Shown: piece after piece, positions 10,256-19,135 of the stretch
Layout: the number at the start of each line of letters is the position of its first letter
How positions within the stretch are numbered: the first letter of the stretch is position 1
The notes under the pieces: model-generated
The model's input: the letters and a program-made list of their open reading frames with translations, nothing else
Database searches by the model: none
Told to the model about the DNA's origin: nothing
Position numbers and translations under genes: made by a program
Assembly: GCA_963717375.1 (NCBI GenBank)
Contig: OY970329.1
Coordinates: 2,748,426-2,812,425, forward strand
Direction of reading: 5' to 3'
From: an uncultured Solirubrobacterales bacterium
GTDB taxonomy: Bacteria > Actinomycetota > Thermoleophilia > Solirubrobacterales > 70-9
Length of the DNA stretch: 64,000 nucleotides

Positions 10256-10268
10256 TAGGAAACCGGCG

Positions 10269-10514
10269 ATGACCCATGAGGAAGTCCTCACCCTGGTCCG
10301 CGAGCACCTCGCCGAGGAGCTCGAGGTCGACGCCGCCGAGATCGGCGAGGGCACCCGCTTCAAGGAGGACCTCGACGCCGACTCGCTCGACCTCTACGAG
10401 CTGGTGATGGAGCTGGAGGACACCTACGGGATCTCCGTCTCCGAGGAGCAGGCGGCGAAGATCGCAACCGTCGGCGACGCAGTCGCGTTCGTGCTCGACC
10501 ACGCCCCCGCGTGA
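10269..10514 (+). CDS. acpP: Acyl carrier protein
   Basis: Phosphopantetheine attachment site DLDADSLDLYELVMELE. 81 aa when started at ATG 10269. Confidence 0.9.
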   Translation: MTHEEVLTLVREHLAEELEVDAAEIGEGTRFKEDLDADSLDLYELVMELEDTYGISVSEEQAAKIATVGDAVAFVLDHAPA

Positions 10515-11188
10515 GCGTCGCCGCACTTTCAGAGCTGATCGCGGAGCTCCCCGACGACCTGCGCCGCCAGGCGCTGACTCACTCCTCGTGGACCGAGGAC
10601 CGGACCGAGTCCTACGAGCGCCTCGCCTACCTCGGCGACAGCGTGCTCGCGCTAGCGGTCGCCGGCCATCTGATCGACCACTTTCCCGGCGTCGATGCGG
10701 GCGGGCTGACCAAGGTCCACAACCAGGCGGTCAGCGGCGTCTCCTGCGCCGAGGTCGGGCGCGAGCTCGACGTGCCGGCGATGCTGCGCGCCAACGAGCC
10801 GGAGGAGATGCCGGTCGGGATCCCGGCCGAGGTGCTGCTGAGCGGAGAGCGCCCCCTGCCCGAGGCGACCGAGGCGCTGATCGGGGCCTGCTTCTTAGCT
10901 TTTGGTTTCGAGCGCGTCTCGGGCGCCGTCGCCGCCGCTTTCGAGCCGCGGATCGAGCACGCCAGCGAGACCAGGATCGACTTCAAGTCGGCCCTGCAAG
11001 AGCTGCTGGCGCGCCGCCGTGCGCGCGTAAGCTACGAGGTCAGCGCTGAATCGGGCCCTCCGCACCGGCGCCGCTTCGAGGTGGCGGCGATCGTCGACTC
11101 CGAGAAGATCGGCGAAGGGGTGGGCAGGAGCAAGAAGGCGGCAGAGCAAGCTGCGGCCGAGCAGGCGCTAAAGCGCTTGGGAGGCTAG
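10511..11188 (+). CDS. rnc: Ribonuclease III
   Basis: RNase III signature ERLAYLGDSVLALAV and a C-terminal dsRBD (GRSKKAAEQAAAEQALKRL). Confidence 0.9.
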   Translation: MSVAALSELIAELPDDLRRQALTHSSWTEDRTESYERLAYLGDSVLALAVAGHLIDHFPGVDAGGLTKVHNQAVSGVSCAEVGRELDVPAMLRANEPEEMPVGIPAEVLLSGERPLPEATEALIGACFLAFGFERVSGAVAAAFEPRIEHASETRIDFKSALQELLARRRARVSYEVSAESGPPHRRRFEVAAIVDSEKIGEGVGRSKKAAEQAAAEQALKRLGG

Positions 11189-11351
11189 ATGACTGAAGCC
11201 CAATTGACGCACCCACGGATGACACGCCTGGCGCGGCGCTGGATCGCCACCCACCGCCTCGCGCGTAGCGCCGCTACGCGCAGCGGCTGCGGGCGGCGCC
11301 CAGCTTGGCCAGTCGCGCCCCCGCGGGCACGTCAATTGGGCTTCAGTCATC
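11188..11351. repeat. 164-bp nested palindrome (MITE-like or structured RNA element)
   Basis: Perfect 22-bp terminal inverted repeat GATGACTGAAGCCCAATTGACG (11188-11209 / 11330-11351). A nearly concentric central palindrome GCGCGTAGCG-C-CGCTACGCGC lies at 11261-11281. It fills the rnc-smc spacer. Confidence 0.7.
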
Positions 11352-11430
11352 GGAATATGGCGTTGCGTCCGACCCAACAGAGAGCCTTGGCGAACACGGG
11401 GTCTCGAGACCCCGGCCGGAGAAACCACGC

Positions 11431-13902
11431 ATGTATCTGAGATCGATCGAGATGAAGGGGTTCAAGTCGTTCCCCGAGCGGACGAGGCTTGAGTTCTCGC
11501 CCGGCGTCAGCGTGATCGTCGGCCCCAACGGCTCGGGCAAGTCGAACATCACCGACGCGGTGCTCTGGGCGCTCGGCGAGCAGAGCCCGGGAGCGATCCG
11601 GGGCGCCTCGATGCAGGACGTGATCTCGGCCGGCGGCAAGGGCATCGGTCAGCGCCGTGCCGCCGAAGTCGAGGTCGTGATCGACAACTCCGAGGGACGC
11701 GCCGCGACCGAGCTCTCCGAAGTTGCGGTCCAGCGCACGCTCGACCGCTCCGGCGACGGTGGCTACCGCCTCAACGGCGCCCGCTGCCGCCTCGTCGACG
11801 TCACCGAGGTGCTCTCTGACACCAACCTCGGCCGCGAGATGCACTCGGTGATCAGTCAGGGCCGGGTCGAGTCGATCATCCACTCCAAACCGCGCGAACG
11901 GCGCCTTCTGATCGAGGAGGCGGCCGGCCTCGGCAAGCACCGCAAGCGCCGCCGCCGCTCCGAGCTGAAGCTGCGGGCGGCGCGCGACAACCTCGACCGT
12001 GCCCTGGACCTGGAGCGTGAGGCGCGTGCCCGTCTGCGGCCGCTGAAGCGCCAGGCGCAGGCAGCTGAGCTTGGAGCGCGGATCGAGCGCGAGGAACTCG
12101 GCCTGCGCGGCCAGCTCGTTGCCGAGGAGCTGCGCTTCGGCGCTGACCGGGCGGCCGCGGCGGAGAAGGCCGCGGTGGAGGCGCGCGCGCAGAGAACCGC
12201 GATCGAGAAACGCCTCGCCGAGGTGAGCGAGAAGCGCCGCGCCGCCGAGGAGCGCTTCGCCGCCCGCGACCGCGATCGCACCCAGGCCTGGGGAGTGCTG
12301 ACCAAGCTGCGCGGCGACCAACAGCGGGTCGCGATCCGCGCTTCCGGCCTCAGCGATCGCGAGGGCGAGCTGACGGGCGCGCTGGAAGCGCTCCGCGCCG
12401 AGCTCGGTCCCCTGACTTTGGACGTGGGTGGCTCCGCGGCTCCCGGCGAACGGGTGCGCAAACTGGAAGAGGAGCTGGGTGAGATCGACGCCGGCCTCAG
12501 CAGTGCCGGCGAGGGCTTGGCGAAGGCGCGTTCAGCCGACGCCAGCGAGGCGGCGCGCGAGGCAGCGCTGGCAGCTGTACGCGGCGGTGCCGAGCGATCG
12601 ATCCGCCACGCCCGTCGCGCCGAGGGGCTACTCGGCGAGCGTCACCGCGAGGTCCTGCGCAAGCGCCTTGCCGCCGGCGAGCAACTGCTTGACGACGTCC
12701 GCGCGGCAGCTGCTTCGGCTGCCGCGGCCGAGGCTGCGATCCGCGCCCGGGTCGAGCGAATCGAGCAGCGCGTGGTCGGCGGTGAGGGCGACGGCGATGA
12801 GATCGCCGAGGAGATGCGCGCCTGCTCGCAGCGCGAGTTCGAGTTGCAGACCGAGATGACCGCCGCCTCCGACCGGCTGACCGAGGTTGAGGTAGAGGCG
12901 GCCCACCTCGGTGATCGCCGCGCCGAGGCGGCAAAGGAGTTGGCCTCGATCGCCGAGCGGCTTGGCGAGGAGGTGGCCCCGGCCGAGGAGCCGTTGGGCG
13001 ATGAGGAGCGAGCCGACATCGATCGCCGCCTCGAGCGCCTCGAGCGTCGCCGCGCCCAGATCGGCCCGGTCAACCCGCTGGCCGAGAGCGAGTACGAGGA
13101 GGCGCGCGAGCACGTCGAGTCGCTACAGGCCCAGCGCGAGGACACCGAGCGGGGGATGCGCGAGCTGGAGGCGCTGATCCGCGACATCGACCGCGAGATC
13201 GAGCGCGCCTTCGAGCAGACCTTCGAGGCGACGGCAAAGAACTTCGAGGAGATGGTCGAGCACCTCTTCCCCGGTGGTCGCGGTGCCTTGCGTCGGGTCG
13301 CCCTGCGCCCGGTTCGCGACGCTGAGGCCGAGGGTGCCGAGGCGAGCGAGGATGCGGCGGCCGAAGGGGACGAGGACGGCGAGGAAGCGCGCGAGGAGCT
13401 CGGGGTCGAGATCGAGGTCACCCCGGCCGGCAAGTCAACCCGCAAGCTCTCGCTGCTCTCCGGTGGCGAGAAGTCACTGGTGGCGATCGCCTTCGTCTTC
13501 GCCGTCTTCCTGGCCAGGCCGTGCCCCTTCTACATCCTCGACGAGGTCGAGGCCGCCCTCGACGACGCCAACATCGACCGTTTCCTGCAGTTGATCCGGC
13601 GCTTCTCCGACCGCGCCCAGTTCGTCATCGTCACCCACCAGAAACGGACGATGGACGCCGCCGACGTGCTCTACGGCGTCAGCATGGGCGGCGATGGCGT
13701 GACCAAGGTCGTCTCCCGCAAACTGCCGCGCGAGGTCGAGGCCGAGCAGGGCGGGGAGGAGGCTGCCGCGCCGCCGCCCTTTGCCGGCGTCGCGGAGGAG
13801 AGCAGCGTCGAGGAGGAGCCGGAGGAGGCCCAGCCCCCCGGTCTGATCGGCGAGCAGGCACCCGCGGCGCCGGCCCCACGCGGGTCTGCCGAAGCCGCCT
13901 AG
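11431..13902 (+). CDS. smc: Chromosome segregation protein SMC (short, no recognisable hinge)
   Basis: N-terminal head MYLRSIEMKGFKSF...VGPNGSGKSNITDAVLWALGEQS. C-terminal head with signature LSGGEKSLVAIAF and Walker B FYILDEVEAALDD. Canonical rnc-smc-ftsY position. 823 aa from ATG 11431. Confidence 0.85.
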   Translation: MYLRSIEMKGFKSFPERTRLEFSPGVSVIVGPNGSGKSNITDAVLWALGEQSPGAIRGASMQDVISAGGKGIGQRRAAEVEVVIDNSEGRAATELSEVAVQRTLDRSGDGGYRLNGARCRLVDVTEVLSDTNLGREMHSVISQGRVESIIHSKPRERRLLIEEAAGLGKHRKRRRRSELKLRAARDNLDRALDLEREARARLRPLKRQAQAAELGARIEREELGLRGQLVAEELRFGADRAAAAEKAAVEARAQRTAIEKRLAEVSEKRRAAEERFAARDRDRTQAWGVLTKLRGDQQRVAIRASGLSDREGELTGALEALRAELGPLTLDVGGSAAPGERVRKLEEELGEIDAGLSSAGEGLAKARSADASEAAREAALAAVRGGAERSIRHARRAEGLLGERHREVLRKRLAAGEQLLDDVRAAAASAAAAEAAIRARVERIEQRVVGGEGDGDEIAEEMRACSQREFELQTEMTAASDRLTEVEVEAAHLGDRRAEAAKELASIAERLGEEVAPAEEPLGDEERADIDRRLERLERRRAQIGPVNPLAESEYEEAREHVESLQAQREDTERGMRELEALIRDIDREIERAFEQTFEATAKNFEEMVEHLFPGGRGALRRVALRPVRDAEAEGAEASEDAAAEGDEDGEEAREELGVEIEVTPAGKSTRKLSLLSGGEKSLVAIAFVFAVFLARPCPFYILDEVEAALDDANIDRFLQLIRRFSDRAQFVIVTHQKRTMDAADVLYGVSMGGDGVTKVVSRKLPREVEAEQGGEEAAAPPPFAGVAEESSVEEEPEEAQPPGLIGEQAPAAPAPRGSAEAA

Positions 13903-14055
13903 CAAGCACCCGGACTGCATTTACCACCTATTCCGGGGCAAATGCATCCCTCGTTCGGGGCGACTGGCGCTTAAGGAAAACAGAACGTTCTCGGCCCCGG
14001 CCCCGCGCTACTCTGTCCGCGGGGAAGGAAAGGAGGGGTTGTGGGACAACGCCAC

Positions 14056-15525
14056 ATGGACCGGTTGACGTCGTTCGATACGTCGTTCCTGGCCAACGAG
14101 AAGTCCAACGGGCACATGGCGATCGGCGCCGTGCTGGTCTGCGAGGGCGAGCCACCCAGCCACGAGGAGTTCCTCGCCAGCATCCGCAGCCGCCTGCACC
14201 TACTGCCGCGCCTGCGCCAGCGGCTCGCCGTGCCGCCGCTGCAGCTCGGCCGTCCCTTCTGGGTCGACTACCCCGAGTTCGACGTCCACGACCACGTGCG
14301 CCGCACAAAGCTGGCCGCACCCGGCAGCGAAGAGCAGTTCCGCGATGCCGTCGCCGAGACATTCGCCCCGCCACTGGACCGCTCGCGCCCGCTTTGGGAA
14401 CTGAACCTGGTCGAGGGCATCGCCGGCAACCGCTTCGCAATCGTCTACAAGACCCACCACGCGCTCGCCGACGGCATCTCGGTGGTCGACATCGGCGTTC
14501 TGCTCTTTGACGTTGAGCCGGTCAACGAGCCGGTTCCGGAGCCGGCGCCGTGGAACCCGCATACGCCGCCGTCGCGACTGGGCTTGGTCGGCCGCGCGTT
14601 TGCCGGTATCGGCGAAACCGCCGTGCGCGGCGTCCGCTGGCTGCTGGCGGGCCTGCGCCACCCGCGCCGGGCGGGGAGGCGCTTCTCCAACGGCGCCATT
14701 GGCCTCTGGGAGGTCACCTGGAACCTCTTCAGGCCGGCGCCAGAGGTGCCGCTCAACGTCGACATCTCGCCGCATCGCTGCTTCTACGGCACCCGCGGCG
14801 ACCTCGACGAGTTCAAACAGATCAAGAACGTCCTCGGGGGAACGGTCAACGACGTCTCCCTCTCGGTCGCCGCCGGCGCCCTGCGCAACTGGATGCTGGA
14901 CCGTGGCCTGGAGACCGACGGGGTCGAGCTGCAGGCCCTGGTCCCGGTCTCAGTCCGGGCCGAGAACCAGCACGGCGAGCTGGGCAACATGCTGACCGCG
15001 ATGCGCGGCCCGCTGCCGGTCGGGATTGCCGACCCGGTCGCGCGCCTGCACCGAATCACCGAAGCGATGGACGCCCTCAAGTCTTCCAAGCAGCCGCTTG
15101 GCGCGGAAGCGATCTGGGGGTTGAACGACTGGTTCCGGGACTTCGCGCCGCCGCTGCTGCTCGGGCCGACCGCCGCGATCAACTTCTCCACCCGGCTCTT
15201 CAACCTGCTCGTCACCAACTTCCCCGGGCCGCAAGTTCCCTTCTACGTGCGCGGCCGCGAGCTGGTCGAGGTCTATCCGGTCGGCTTCCTCGCCAAGCGC
15301 CACGCCCTGGCGATCGCGATCTTCAGCTACAACGGCTCGATCGGCTTCGGCCTGCTCGGCGACCGCGAGTCGTTGGGCGATCTCGACCGCCTCGGCGCCT
15401 ACATCGAGGGAGCCGTGGAGGAGCTTCGGGCCGCTGCCGGGATAGCCTCCCCGAATGGCAACCAGCTGGCAGGAGATTCTCGACCTGGGATCGCGGACGG
15501 CGACGGAGGCCTCGTCCGAGGTTGA
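14056..15525 (+). CDS. Wax ester synthase/diacylglycerol acyltransferase (WS/DGAT) family
   Basis: Active-site motif HHALADGIS (HHxxxDG). Length of about 490 aa is typical of the family. Confidence 0.8.
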   Translation: MDRLTSFDTSFLANEKSNGHMAIGAVLVCEGEPPSHEEFLASIRSRLHLLPRLRQRLAVPPLQLGRPFWVDYPEFDVHDHVRRTKLAAPGSEEQFRDAVAETFAPPLDRSRPLWELNLVEGIAGNRFAIVYKTHHALADGISVVDIGVLLFDVEPVNEPVPEPAPWNPHTPPSRLGLVGRAFAGIGETAVRGVRWLLAGLRHPRRAGRRFSNGAIGLWEVTWNLFRPAPEVPLNVDISPHRCFYGTRGDLDEFKQIKNVLGGTVNDVSLSVAAGALRNWMLDRGLETDGVELQALVPVSVRAENQHGELGNMLTAMRGPLPVGIADPVARLHRITEAMDALKSSKQPLGAEAIWGLNDWFRDFAPPLLLGPTAAINFSTRLFNLLVTNFPGPQVPFYVRGRELVEVYPVGFLAKRHALAIAIFSYNGSIGFGLLGDRESLGDLDRLGAYIEGAVEELRAAAGIASPNGNQLAGDSRPGIADGDGGLVRG

Positions 15526-16453
15526 GTCCGAGGCGGGGCGCCGCGGCGTTTTCCGCCGCCTGCGCGAGAGCCTCTCCAAGAGCCGCAAAGCGCTCAGCGA
15601 GGAGCTCTCGGCCAGCCTCTTCGATCGCATCGACGAGGAGACCTGGGAGCGCCTCGAGGAGGCGCTGATCCTCGCCGACGCCGGGGCGACGACGACGGCC
15701 AAGGTGGTCGAACGGCTCGAGCACGAGGTCGAGGGCGGCAGCGTCGCCGCTGACGGCGAGGCGGTGCGGGCGCGCCTGATCGAGATCCTCGCCGAGGTCG
15801 CCGGCACGGCTCGCGCCCCGATCGACCTCAGCGGCGAACCCGCCGTGCTGCTGATGGTCGGTGTCAACGGCACCGGCAAGACGACGACGATCGGCAAGAT
15901 CGCCTGGCATCTCTCGAAGGAATTCGGCCTCTCCGTCGTCCTCGGCGCCGCCGACACCTACCGCGCCGCCGCGGCCGAGCAGCTCGCCGAGTGGGCCGAC
16001 CGCGCGGGAGCGGAACTGGTGCGCTCGGCCGAGGGCGGGGACCCCGGTGCCGTCGCCTTCGACGCGATCGCCGCAGCTCGTGCCCGCGGCGCCGACGTCG
16101 TCATCGTCGACACCGCTGGCCGCCTGCACACGCAGAGCAACTTGATGGACGAGCTGGCCAAGGTGCGACGGGTGATCGCCAAGCAGATGCCCGGTGCCCC
16201 GCACGAGACGCTGCTCTCGATCGACGCGACCACCGGCCAGAACGGCCTGCGCCAGGCGAAGATCTTCGCCGAGGCAGCCGAGGTCGACGGCGTCGTCCTG
16301 ACCAAGCTCGACGGCACCGCCAAGGGCGGCATCGTCCTCGCTATCGCCGCCGAGCTCGAGATCCCGGTGAAGCTGATTGGCACCGGCGAGCAACTGGAGG
16401 ATCTGCGCCCCTTCGACCCGACCGACTTCGCCAACGCCCTCCTAGCCCCATAG
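15455..16453 (+). CDS. ftsY: Signal recognition particle receptor FtsY
   Basis: SRP GTPase motifs GVNGTGKTTTIGK, DTAGRL and TKLDGTAKGG. The only in-frame canonical start (ATG 15455) overlaps the WS/DGAT gene by 71 nt. Confidence 0.9.
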   Translation: MATSWQEILDLGSRTATEASSEVESEAGRRGVFRRLRESLSKSRKALSEELSASLFDRIDEETWERLEEALILADAGATTTAKVVERLEHEVEGGSVAADGEAVRARLIEILAEVAGTARAPIDLSGEPAVLLMVGVNGTGKTTTIGKIAWHLSKEFGLSVVLGAADTYRAAAAEQLAEWADRAGAELVRSAEGGDPGAVAFDAIAAARARGADVVIVDTAGRLHTQSNLMDELAKVRRVIAKQMPGAPHETLLSIDATTGQNGLRQAKIFAEAAEVDGVVLTKLDGTAKGGIVLAIAAELEIPVKLIGTGEQLEDLRPFDPTDFANALLAP

Positions 16454-16456
16454 CGG

Positions 16457-16502
16457 TGACTTCGTGGTTGTGGGTCCGTATGCCCCCAAAAACACGAAGT
16501 CA
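16457..16502 (+). terminator. Hairpin after ftsY (possible degenerate REP-like copy)
   Basis: 10-bp inverted repeat TGACTTCGTG / CACGAAGTCA with a 26-nt loop. The loop contains GGGTCCG...CCCCCAAAAACAC, which resembles the 8895 element core (GGGTCCGGCACCCCTCCGAAAACAC). Confidence 0.4.
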
Positions 16503-16522
16503 GTCCGACTAAGCTGCGTTTG

Positions 16523-17890
16523 ATGTTCGACCAGCTCTCAGACCGGCTGCAGGCGACGCTTTCCGATGTCCGCTCGCGCGGCAAGCTGAACGAGTCCGAC
16601 GTCGACTCGGCGATGCGGGAGATCCGCCTCGCCCTGCTCGAGGCCGACGTCAACTTCAAGGTCGTCAAATCCTTCACCGCAACGCTGAAGGAGCGCTGCC
16701 TCGGCGCCGACGTGCTGAACAGCCTTGACCCGGGCCAGCAGGTGGTCAAGATCGTCAACGAGGAGCTGACCGGGCTGATGGGCGGGACCGGGCGCGAGCT
16801 CGCTTTCGCCTCCGGCGGCCCCACCGTGATCCTGATGGCCGGCCTGCAGGGCTCAGGCAAGACCACTGCCTGCGCCAAGCTCGCCCGCTACCTGCGCGAG
16901 TCCGGCAAGAAGAACGTCGCCCTCGCCGCCTGCGATGTCTACCGTCCCGCCGCGGTCGATCAGCTGGTTACGGTCGGCCGCCGCGCCGGTGCTCACGTCT
17001 ACGAGAAAGGCACCGACGCCGACCCGGTCGAGATTGCCGGCTGGGCCCTCGACCGCGCCCGCGAAGAGAACCGCGACGTGCTGATCGTCGACACCGCCGG
17101 CCGCCTCCACATCGACCAGGACCTAATGGAGGAGCTCTCGAAGATCCGCAAGCGGGTCAAGCCGCACGACGTGCTGCTCGTCGTCGACGCGATGACCGGC
17201 CAGGACGCGGTCGGCGTCGCCGAGTCCTTCGCCGAGGCGGCCGAGTTCGACGGCGTCGTGATGACCAAGCTCGACGGCGACGCCCGCGGTGGCGCCGCGC
17301 TCTCGGTCAAGGCGGTGACTGGCAAGCCGATCCTCTTCGCCTCGACCGGGGAGAAATTGGAGGCCTTCGACCGCTTCCACCCCGACCGCATGGCCTCCCG
17401 AATCCTCGGCATGGGCGATGTGCTCAGCCTGATCGAGAAAGCCGAGCAGCAGATCGACGAGAAGCAGGCGCTCGATCTCGAACAGAAAATGAAGAGCAAC
17501 AGCTTCACGCTCGAGGACTTCCTGCAGCAGCTGAAGCAGGTGCGGAAAATGGGCCCGCTCAGCGGCCTGCTCGGGATGCTGCCCGGCATGGGGGCGATGA
17601 AACAGCTGAAGAACGCCGACGTCGACGAGCGCGAGCTCGACCGGGTCGAGGCGATCATCCTCTCGATGACGCCGGAAGAGCGCGCCAACCCGGGACTGAT
17701 CAAGGGATCGCGCCGCAAACGCATCGCCAACGGCTCTGGGACCAAGATCCAGCAGGTCAACCAGCTGGTCAAGCAGTTCGACCAGATGCGCAAGATGATG
17801 CGCCATATGGCCAACGGAAAGATGCCCGATCCGCAGCAGCTCGCCCAGATAACGGGGGCCGCGCCGCGCCCGAAGATACGCAGGCGCTAA
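16523..17890 (+). CDS. ffh: Signal recognition particle protein Ffh
   Basis: GLQGSGKTTACAKL, DTAGRL and TKLDGDARGG motifs, plus a Met-rich M domain (LLGMLPGMGAM). Confidence 0.92.
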   Translation: MFDQLSDRLQATLSDVRSRGKLNESDVDSAMREIRLALLEADVNFKVVKSFTATLKERCLGADVLNSLDPGQQVVKIVNEELTGLMGGTGRELAFASGGPTVILMAGLQGSGKTTACAKLARYLRESGKKNVALAACDVYRPAAVDQLVTVGRRAGAHVYEKGTDADPVEIAGWALDRAREENRDVLIVDTAGRLHIDQDLMEELSKIRKRVKPHDVLLVVDAMTGQDAVGVAESFAEAAEFDGVVMTKLDGDARGGAALSVKAVTGKPILFASTGEKLEAFDRFHPDRMASRILGMGDVLSLIEKAEQQIDEKQALDLEQKMKSNSFTLEDFLQQLKQVRKMGPLSGLLGMLPGMGAMKQLKNADVDERELDRVEAIILSMTPEERANPGLIKGSRRKRIANGSGTKIQQVNQLVKQFDQMRKMMRHMANGKMPDPQQLAQITGAAPRPKIRRR

Positions 17891-17905
17891 CCTGCCGCAG
17901 TCCAG

Positions 17906-18160
17906 ATGGCCGTACGAATCAGACTAAGACGAGTCGGGTCGAAGAAGAACCCGATCTGGCGGATCGTCGTCGCCGACAAGCGCTCGCCGCGAGACGGGCG
18001 CACGATCGAGACGATCGGCCGCTACAACCCGCAGACCGAGCCCTCGACGATCGAGCTCGACGAGGAGCGTGCCAAGCACTGGCTCGAGCACGGCGCTCAG
18101 CCCTCGGAGACGGTCGCCACGCTGCTTCGCACCAAGGGCATCGCCGCCTCCGGCAGCTAG
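17906..18160 (+). CDS. rpsP: 30S ribosomal protein S16
   Basis: [33 protein letters not shown]-terminus. Confidence 0.92.
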   Translation: MAVRIRLRRVGSKKNPIWRIVVADKRSPRDGRTIETIGRYNPQTEPSTIELDEERAKHWLEHGAQPSETVATLLRTKGIAASGS

Positions 18161-18172
18161 GACGGCTGGTCG

Positions 18173-18403
18173 ATGACCGAGCTGCTGGAGTTCCTGGTCC
18201 GGTCGCTGGTCGAGGACCCCGCCGCGGTTGTGGTCGAGGAGATGGAAGAGGACGGCGACCTGGTTTACGAGATCACCGTCGCCGAGGACGACCTGGGCCG
18301 GGTGATCGGCAAGGGCGGGCGCGTCGCCAACGCGATCAGGACGATCGCCAAGGCCGCCGCTGTACGGCTCGATCGCCGTGTCATAGTCGACATCCTCGAT
18401 TGA
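18173..18403 (+). CDS. KH domain RNA-binding protein (YlqC-like)
   Basis: KH GxxG motif VIGKGGRVANAIRTI. 76 aa, in the conserved position after rpsP. Confidence 0.8.
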   Translation: MTELLEFLVRSLVEDPAAVVVEEMEEDGDLVYEITVAEDDLGRVIGKGGRVANAIRTIAKAAAVRLDRRVIVDILD

Positions 18404-19077
18404 AGCTCGACGTCTTCACCCTCTTCCCGGAGGCGTTCGACTGGTTCCAGTCGCAGCGCTCGGTGCAGAACGCCCTCTCCGAAGGGAATGAGCTGCGGCT
18501 CTTCAACTACCGCGATACGACCCCGCTTGGGGCCGGGCAGGTCGACGACGCGCCGTACGGGGGAGGGGCCGGAATGGTTCTTCGCGTCGATGTCGTCGAC
18601 GCCGCCCTGCAGGCCGCCTATCCACGCGGCGAGAGCCCGCGCGTGGTGCTGCTCTCGCCGACCGGGCGGCTGCTCGACGACGAGCTGGCCGACGAGCTGA
18701 CCCAGGAGCCGCACGTGGCGCTTCTCTGTGGGCGCTACGAGGGCTTCGACGAGCGGGTGCACGAGCACTTCGCCGACGACGAGGTCTCGATCGGCAGATA
18801 CGTGTTGGCCGGCGGGGAGATGCCGGCGATGGTGGTCGCCGACGTGGTCATGCGCAAGCTCCCCGGCGCCCTCGGGCACGAGCACAGCGCGGTCGAGGAG
18901 TCTTTCAGCCAGGTCCTGGAGGGAATGCCCGAGTACCCGCACTACACCCGTCCCGCTCAGTACCGAGGGTGGTCGGTGCCGGACGTTCTGGTGTCCGGCG
19001 ACCACGAGCGAGTTCGGCTCTGGCGCATGGAACAGAGCCGGGTTCGAGCCGAGCAGTTCGAAAAAGACCTCAAGTAG
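18400..19077 (+). CDS. trmD: tRNA (guanine37-N1)-methyltransferase TrmD
   Basis: [13 protein letters not shown]-terminus, plus [13 protein letters not shown] and [11 protein letters not shown] motifs. The TTG start overlaps the KH-protein stop. Confidence 0.9.
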   Translation: MKLDVFTLFPEAFDWFQSQRSVQNALSEGNELRLFNYRDTTPLGAGQVDDAPYGGGAGMVLRVDVVDAALQAAYPRGESPRVVLLSPTGRLLDDELADELTQEPHVALLCGRYEGFDERVHEHFADDEVSIGRYVLAGGEMPAMVVADVVMRKLPGALGHEHSAVEESFSQVLEGMPEYPHYTRPAQYRGWSVPDVLVSGDHERVRLWRMEQSRVRAEQFEKDLK

Positions 19078-19092
19078 GTACGATTGCCCGCA

Positions 19093-19129
19093 CCGCGCGG
19101 CGCCCAGGTCGGGCCCGGCGGTCTTTTTT
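19093..19129 (+). terminator. Intrinsic-terminator-like hairpin plus T-run immediately upstream of rplS
   Basis: Imperfect GC-rich stem (CCGCGCGGCGCCC / GGGCCCGGCGG, loop AGGTC) followed by TCTTTTTT. It ends 6 nt before the rplS ATG. Confidence 0.45.
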
Positions 19130-19135
19130 CGAGCT

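Noticed and set aside
11431-13902. The short SMC as a defence-type SMC (Wadjet JetC or Lamassu LmuB) rather than the housekeeping condensin.
   Set aside because: It occupies the canonical rnc-smc-ftsY position. Its head motifs match housekeeping SMC closely. No JetA/B/D- or LmuA-like partner genes are adjacent.
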